Part shown: one piece after another, positions 8,974-12,340 of the stretch | How the letters are laid out: each line of letters starts with the position of its first letter | Position numbering within the stretch: the first letter of the stretch is position 1 | From: Deinococcaceae bacterium | GTDB taxonomy: Bacteria > Deinococcota > Deinococci > Deinococcales > Trueperaceae | NCBI GenBank assembly: GCA_040256005.1 | Contig: JBDZWC010000091.1 | Location: 1-12,340, forward strand | Length of the DNA: 12,340 nucleotides | Direction: 5' to 3' | Made by a program: the position numbers and the translations under genes | Notes under the pieces: model-generated | Database searches by the model: none | Told to the model about the DNA's origin: nothing | Seen by the model: the letters and a program-made list of their open reading frames with translations, nothing else

Positions 8974-11175
8974 CTAGGGGGCGTTCATCCCTTCCATCGC
9001 TTCCCGCACGTGGTCCGGCACGCGCGTGGACCCCACCACCGGCTGCACGGTGATGTCGAGCCCCGCGACGCGGGCGCCCGCCGGCACGTCGACGTACTGG
9101 TCGCGGTAGCCGAGGTAATCGCCTTCGTCCACCTTGCCGCTGTCGTTCTCGTCCGACCAGGCTCCCAGCAGGTTCCTGCCGGACTCCACCTGGAACTCGA
9201 AGTTCGTTATGACCCCGTCGCTGGTCTGGCTACCGCTCGTGTAGAGCCCGCCGTTCGGGTCTTCCTTGAACGCTGCCACGACCATTGGCCCGAGGACCTC
9301 GCCCTCGGCATCGCCCTGCCGGGCGAAGCGGACCTGGTAGAGGAACTGCTCTCCGTCGGCTTCGAAGATGGGCTCGATCGCGTAGAAGCCGTCGACCTCC
9401 AACAGGTCTCTGTCGATGAAGAACCTGATCTGCACGGATTCCTGCGGCTCGAGCGTGCCCGTGAGGAAGTCCGCCCCTGGCGGGGAGTCCTCGCCCACGA
9501 CCTCCGCCGAGACGACGCCTGCCGGCACCGGCCCCGGGTTGTCGATGTCCGACGCCTGCTCGTAGTAGCCGATCAGCTTCCACTCCGCCGTCGCGTCACC
9601 GCTGTTCGTCAGGGTGAACGTCGCGCTGGCGCGGCTGGCGCCCAGGTCGAGGACCGGCGGGTCGAACGTGAGGACCACGCCCTCCTCCACGGGTGGTGGG
9701 GGCTCGTCCGAGCCGATGAGGTCGAGGGCCACCCTGGCGTCGATGAGCCCCGCCCCGCAGTCGAAGCCATGCAAGTCGCGGTCGGGTGCGCCCTGCCCAT
9801 CGCACTCGGCGTCGCTGAGGGGCGTCGCGCTGGCACGCAGCAGCTCCAACGCCACGACGTCCGTGACCGTGGGATCCTCCGCGAGCATCAGCGAGATGAG
9901 GCCCGAGACATGCGGGGCGGCCATGGAGGTGCCCTGCATGAACACGTAGCCGTCGTCGCCGCCGGTGCTGAGGATGCCGTCGCTGGACCTGGCGCTGATG
10001 TCCCCGCCGGGAGCCATGACGTCCACCCTGGCTCCGTAGTTGGAGTACCAGGCCCGGTCGCCGTTGCGATCCGTCCCTCCCACCACGATGGGACCGGGGC
10101 AGTTGGCGGGGGTGAAGCCGCTGGCGGCCTTGTTCGCGTTGCCCGCCGCTGCCACGATGATCGCGGAGTCGGAGGCGGCGGTGATGGCGTCGAACAGAGC
10201 GCCGTAGCACTGGTCCGAGGCGCCACCCAGGCTGAGGTTGATGACGTCGGCCGGGTTCGGGTTGTTCGGCACGCCGGGGACGCTGCCGCCCGCCGCCCAA
10301 CGGATCGCGTCAGCGATGTCGGCGATAGCCCCACCGTTGGCACCCAGCACGCGGACGGGCAGCACCTTGGCGTGCCAGTCGACACCCGCGACGCCCTGGC
10401 CGTTGTTGGTGGTGGCACCTATCGTTCCGGCCACGTGCGTGCCGTGGTAGTCGCCCTGCGGCACCGTGTCGTAAGGGTCGGCATCGCGGCCGTCGCCGTC
10501 GTTGGCCATTACCGCGTCCGAGATGAAGTCGTAGCCGGGCAGAACGCGGCCCACCAGGTCAGGGTGCCTGAGGCTGGCGTTGGACTGGCTGTAGAGGATG
10601 CCCGAGTCCACGACCGCGACCGTAACAGCGGCGCTGCCTGTGGTGATGTCCCAGGCCCCCTCCATGTCGATCGCCTGGTAGTGCCACTGCCTGTCGTACT
10701 CGGGATCGTTCGGAGCCAGCGCAGGCTGCAACAGGTAGTTGGGGTGGGCGTACCGCACGTCCGGTCGCGCTTCCAGCGACGCCGCGATCTCAAGCAGCTC
10801 CGCCAGCGATCCCGCCGACGTCCGGTACAGCGCAGCCCCCTCGATGCCGAGAGGCCGCACCGCGTTCAACGTGACACCGGCCACCCGCAACTCGGAAACC
10901 GTCGCCCGCTGGAGCGCTGGCTCGAACGCCACGATCAGTTCGCCAGGCATGAAGTCCAGCTGTTCGAAATCACGCCCCACGGGGTCCAGCGCCAAGCCCG
11001 TCTGGGCCGCGCCGACGCTGCTTGGCCCCACGATCACCTCGCCGGCGACCGTCCCTGTTCCGGTCCCATCGGGCGGCGTCGGCTGGGTGCAGGCCGCGAG
11101 CAGCGGCAAGAGCACCAGGAGCGCGACGACGCCGCGGGCCCAGGGGGCCCCGGCTCGATCGGTCGTCGTAGACAT
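8974..11175 (-). CDS. Subtilisin-like S8 serine peptidase, lipoprotein, with propeptide and C-terminal beta-rich domains
   Basis: GGAGGTG RBS before ATG 11175 and lipobox LAAC. Catalytic D (VAVVDSG), H (HGTHVAG), oxyanion N (AAAGN), S (GTSMAAPHVSG). C-terminal DxNxSGxxDxGD motif. Confidence 0.95.
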   Translation of the reverse strand: MSTTTDRAGAPWARGVVALLVLLPLLAACTQPTPPDGTGTGTVAGEVIVGPSSVGAAQTGLALDPVGRDFEQLDFMPGELIVAFEPALQRATVSELRVAGVTLNAVRPLGIEGAALYRTSAGSLAELLEIAASLEARPDVRYAHPNYLLQPALAPNDPEYDRQWHYQAIDMEGAWDITTGSAAVTVAVVDSGILYSQSNASLRHPDLVGRVLPGYDFISDAVMANDGDGRDADPYDTVPQGDYHGTHVAGTIGATTNNGQGVAGVDWHAKVLPVRVLGANGGAIADIADAIRWAAGGSVPGVPNNPNPADVINLSLGGASDQCYGALFDAITAASDSAIIVAAAGNANKAASGFTPANCPGPIVVGGTDRNGDRAWYSNYGARVDVMAPGGDISARSSDGILSTGGDDGYVFMQGTSMAAPHVSGLISLMLAEDPTVTDVVALELLRASATPLSDAECDGQGAPDRDLHGFDCGAGLIDARVALDLIGSDEPPPPVEEGVVLTFDPPVLDLGASRASATFTLTNSGDATAEWKLIGYYEQASDIDNPGPVPAGVVSAEVVGEDSPPGADFLTGTLEPQESVQIRFFIDRDLLEVDGFYAIEPIFEADGEQFLYQVRFARQGDAEGEVLGPMVVAAFKEDPNGGLYTSGSQTSDGVITNFEFQVESGRNLLGAWSDENDSGKVDEGDYLGYRDQYVDVPAGARVAGLDITVQPVVGSTRVPDHVREAMEGMNAP

Positions 11176-11375
11176 GAGTTCACCTCCGCAGCGCGAGCGG
11201 GTCGCGATCGCCGTCGCACGTGGTCCGGCGAGCATAGGGGCGCTTCGAGCACGCCGACGCCGGTGCTTGAGGAACGATGAATCTCCCTGAGAATCGCGTT
11301 TGAGACGCGAGCCGAGCCTGGCCGAAGATGAGTTTCATGACGGCGGCGCAGACACTGGCGCCGTGCCCCGTGGCC

Positions 11376-11406
11376 TTGCAAGCTTCCCGCCCGCGCGTGA
11401 TATCCT
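11376..11406 (+). promoter_or_regulatory. Putative tRNA promoter (extended -10)
   Basis: TGaTATCCT at 11398-11406. TTGCAA at 11376-11381 gives a long 19-nt spacer. Confidence 0.45.
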
Positions 11407-11446
11407 TGCCTGCCGACCTCGCCGGGCCGGCCTTGGAACGTCGCGT

Positions 11447-11523
<77 letters not shown>

Positions 11524-11541
11524 AAGAAAGCACGTCTGGGA

Positions 11542-11571
11542 CGGCACCCCGCTAGGGGTGCTGCTTCGTTT
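11542..11571 (+). terminator. Intrinsic terminator downstream of tRNA-Arg
   Basis: CGGCACCCC-gcta-GGGGTGCTG followed by CTTCGTTT. Confidence 0.7.
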
Positions 11572-11582
11572 ATGGCCCAGTT

Positions 11583-11601
11583 CGTAGCAGGAGCGTAGCA
11601 G
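11583..11601. repeat. 8-bp direct repeat CGTAGCAG, 11-bp period (integrase arm-type-like sites)
   Basis: CGTAGCAG at 11583-11590 and 11594-11601. Confidence 0.5.
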
Positions 11602-11607
11602 CACGCA

Positions 11608-11646
11608 CCGATTTGCTCAGGGGAGAAGCCGATGCGTAATCGGCAG
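11608..11646 (+). pseudogene. Degenerate tRNA-Thr(CGT) fragment (5' half through anticodon arm)
   Basis: CCGATTT-GCTCAG-GGGAGA, then a perfect 5-bp stem GCCGA-TGCGTAA-TCGGC-AG. No T arm. Confidence 0.6.
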
Positions 11647-11657
11647 CAAACGTTTCG

Positions 11658-11692
11658 GCGACGGTCTCCAAAACCGTAGGTCGCAGTTTCGA
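11658..11692 (+). pseudogene. tRNA-Trp(CCA) fragment (anticodon arm to T loop)
   Basis: ACGGT-CTCCAAA-ACCGT (5/5 pairs), variable loop AGGTC, then GCAGT-TTCGA. No acceptor stem or D loop. Confidence 0.8.
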
Positions 11693-11720
11693 CCTTGGGC
11701 TTAGGAGTCCTCTGCTCATC
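11691..11720 (-). pseudogene. Degenerate tRNA-Arg(CCT) fragment, inverted
   Basis: The minus strand reads GAT-GAGC-A-GAGGA-CTCCTAA-GCCCA-AGGTC, which is exact tRNA register. The stem pairs only 2/5. Confidence 0.5.
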
Positions 11721-11725
11721 GGCAC

Positions 11726-11747
11726 GAGCAATCGGCTCTTAACCGAC
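11726..11747 (+). pseudogene. tRNA-Lys(CTT) anticodon-arm fragment
   Basis: GAGC-A-ATCGG-CTCTTAA-CCGAC (4/5 pairs). Confidence 0.65.
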
Positions 11748-12251
11748 TAATCTCGGCACCAGCCTAGTTCCCTCTCAACGCCGCCCTTCGGGCCAGACTG
11801 ACGCCTTGACCGACTTCAAGCGGCCAGCCGACTATGGCCGCCCGGATTCCGTGCTCCCACACGAGCAGCTCGAGTCCGCCCGCACCCCGTTCGACTGGAA
11901 CCAACGTGACCTCGAAGGCGCGACATGGCCGTGCATCCCTGAGCTTTCCAGGAGCTCGGCACCATGCTCGGGGACGCGACCACGCTGCACGAGCTGTGGT
12001 AACGGCCTTCAAGCGTCTTGGGAGTTGTGACCATGGCGTCCCCGTTCCCTTCGTTGCGAATGCAACAACGTCACCTGGGTCCGGCCTGACGGGTCGTTCG
12101 AGCTCTCAGTGAACCCTTGGGTCCGGAAATCGACTGCTCCCGACATGCCACCAGACAAGACCTGAAGAACCGCAACCCCGCGCTTGGACATGCAGAGAAC
12201 TGTCGCTTATGTCTCGACTCATGTGTCGCCTATCAAGTGTCGCACCAGACA

Positions 12252-12267
12252 CTCTCGGGCGCACCAA
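12252..12267 (+). repeat. attR-like copy of the 16-bp direct repeat
   Basis: CTCTCGGGCGCACCAA is identical to 11509-11524. Imperfect similarity continues to ~12312. Confidence 0.9.
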
Positions 12268-12284
12268 GGTAAACACCTCACGAC

Positions 12285-12312
12285 GGCACCCCTTCGAGGG
12301 GTGCTTCTCGTT
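12285..12312 (+). terminator. Second, diverged copy of the tRNA terminator hairpin
   Basis: GGCACCCCT-tcg-AGGGGTGCT followed by TCTCGTT. Confidence 0.65.
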
Positions 12313-12340
12313 GGCACTCGCTCACAGCGGCGGCAGATCC

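Noticed and set aside
9010..11280. 756-aa ORF on the + strand, plus other long antisense ORFs (1449-2177, 642-1268, 4386-5135)
   Set aside because: These are shadow ORFs opposite genes with clear motifs. They are expected from high-GC codon bias, and the translations carry no recognisable motifs.
11640..11720. An intact tRNA-Trp gene
   Set aside because: It has no D arm, no 3' T-stem strand, and no acceptor stem or CCA.
11608..11783. CRISPR array interpretation of the ~35-bp periodicity
   Set aside because: There is no conserved direct repeat separating spacers and no cas genes. The units are tRNA-like and one is inverted.
11807..11826. TGACCG-ACTTCAAG-CGGCCA as a sixth (Sec-like) anticodon arm
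   Set aside because: The loop is 8 nt, the stem is mismatched, it is off the 35-bp period, and it lacks flanking tRNA landmarks.

Overview
High-GC bacterial chromosomal window. The gene set and a leaderless-type promoter suggest Deinococcota, possibly Truepera-like (inference). Positions 1-11200 are ordinary core or metabolic genes: the 3' part of a CDP-alcohol phosphatidyltransferase, a TmpR-like SDR, a tandem DUF6812-like protein, glmM, a class II sirtuin, a carbohydrate ABC transporter (binding protein plus two permeases, no ATPase), a secreted Yx(FWY)xxD-repeat protein and a lipoprotein subtilase. The last ~900 bp are the unusual part. An intact tRNA-Arg(ACG) is followed by a very small (~743 bp) integrase-less island bounded by a duplication of the tRNA 3' end and its terminator. 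Inside it is a regularly spaced (33-36 bp) run of 4-5 degenerate anticodon-arm fragments of different tRNAs: Thr-CGT, Trp-CCA, an inverted Arg-CCT, Lys-CTT and possibly Glu-CTC. All have a CTCNNAA-like loop, and they follow an arm-type-like direct repeat.
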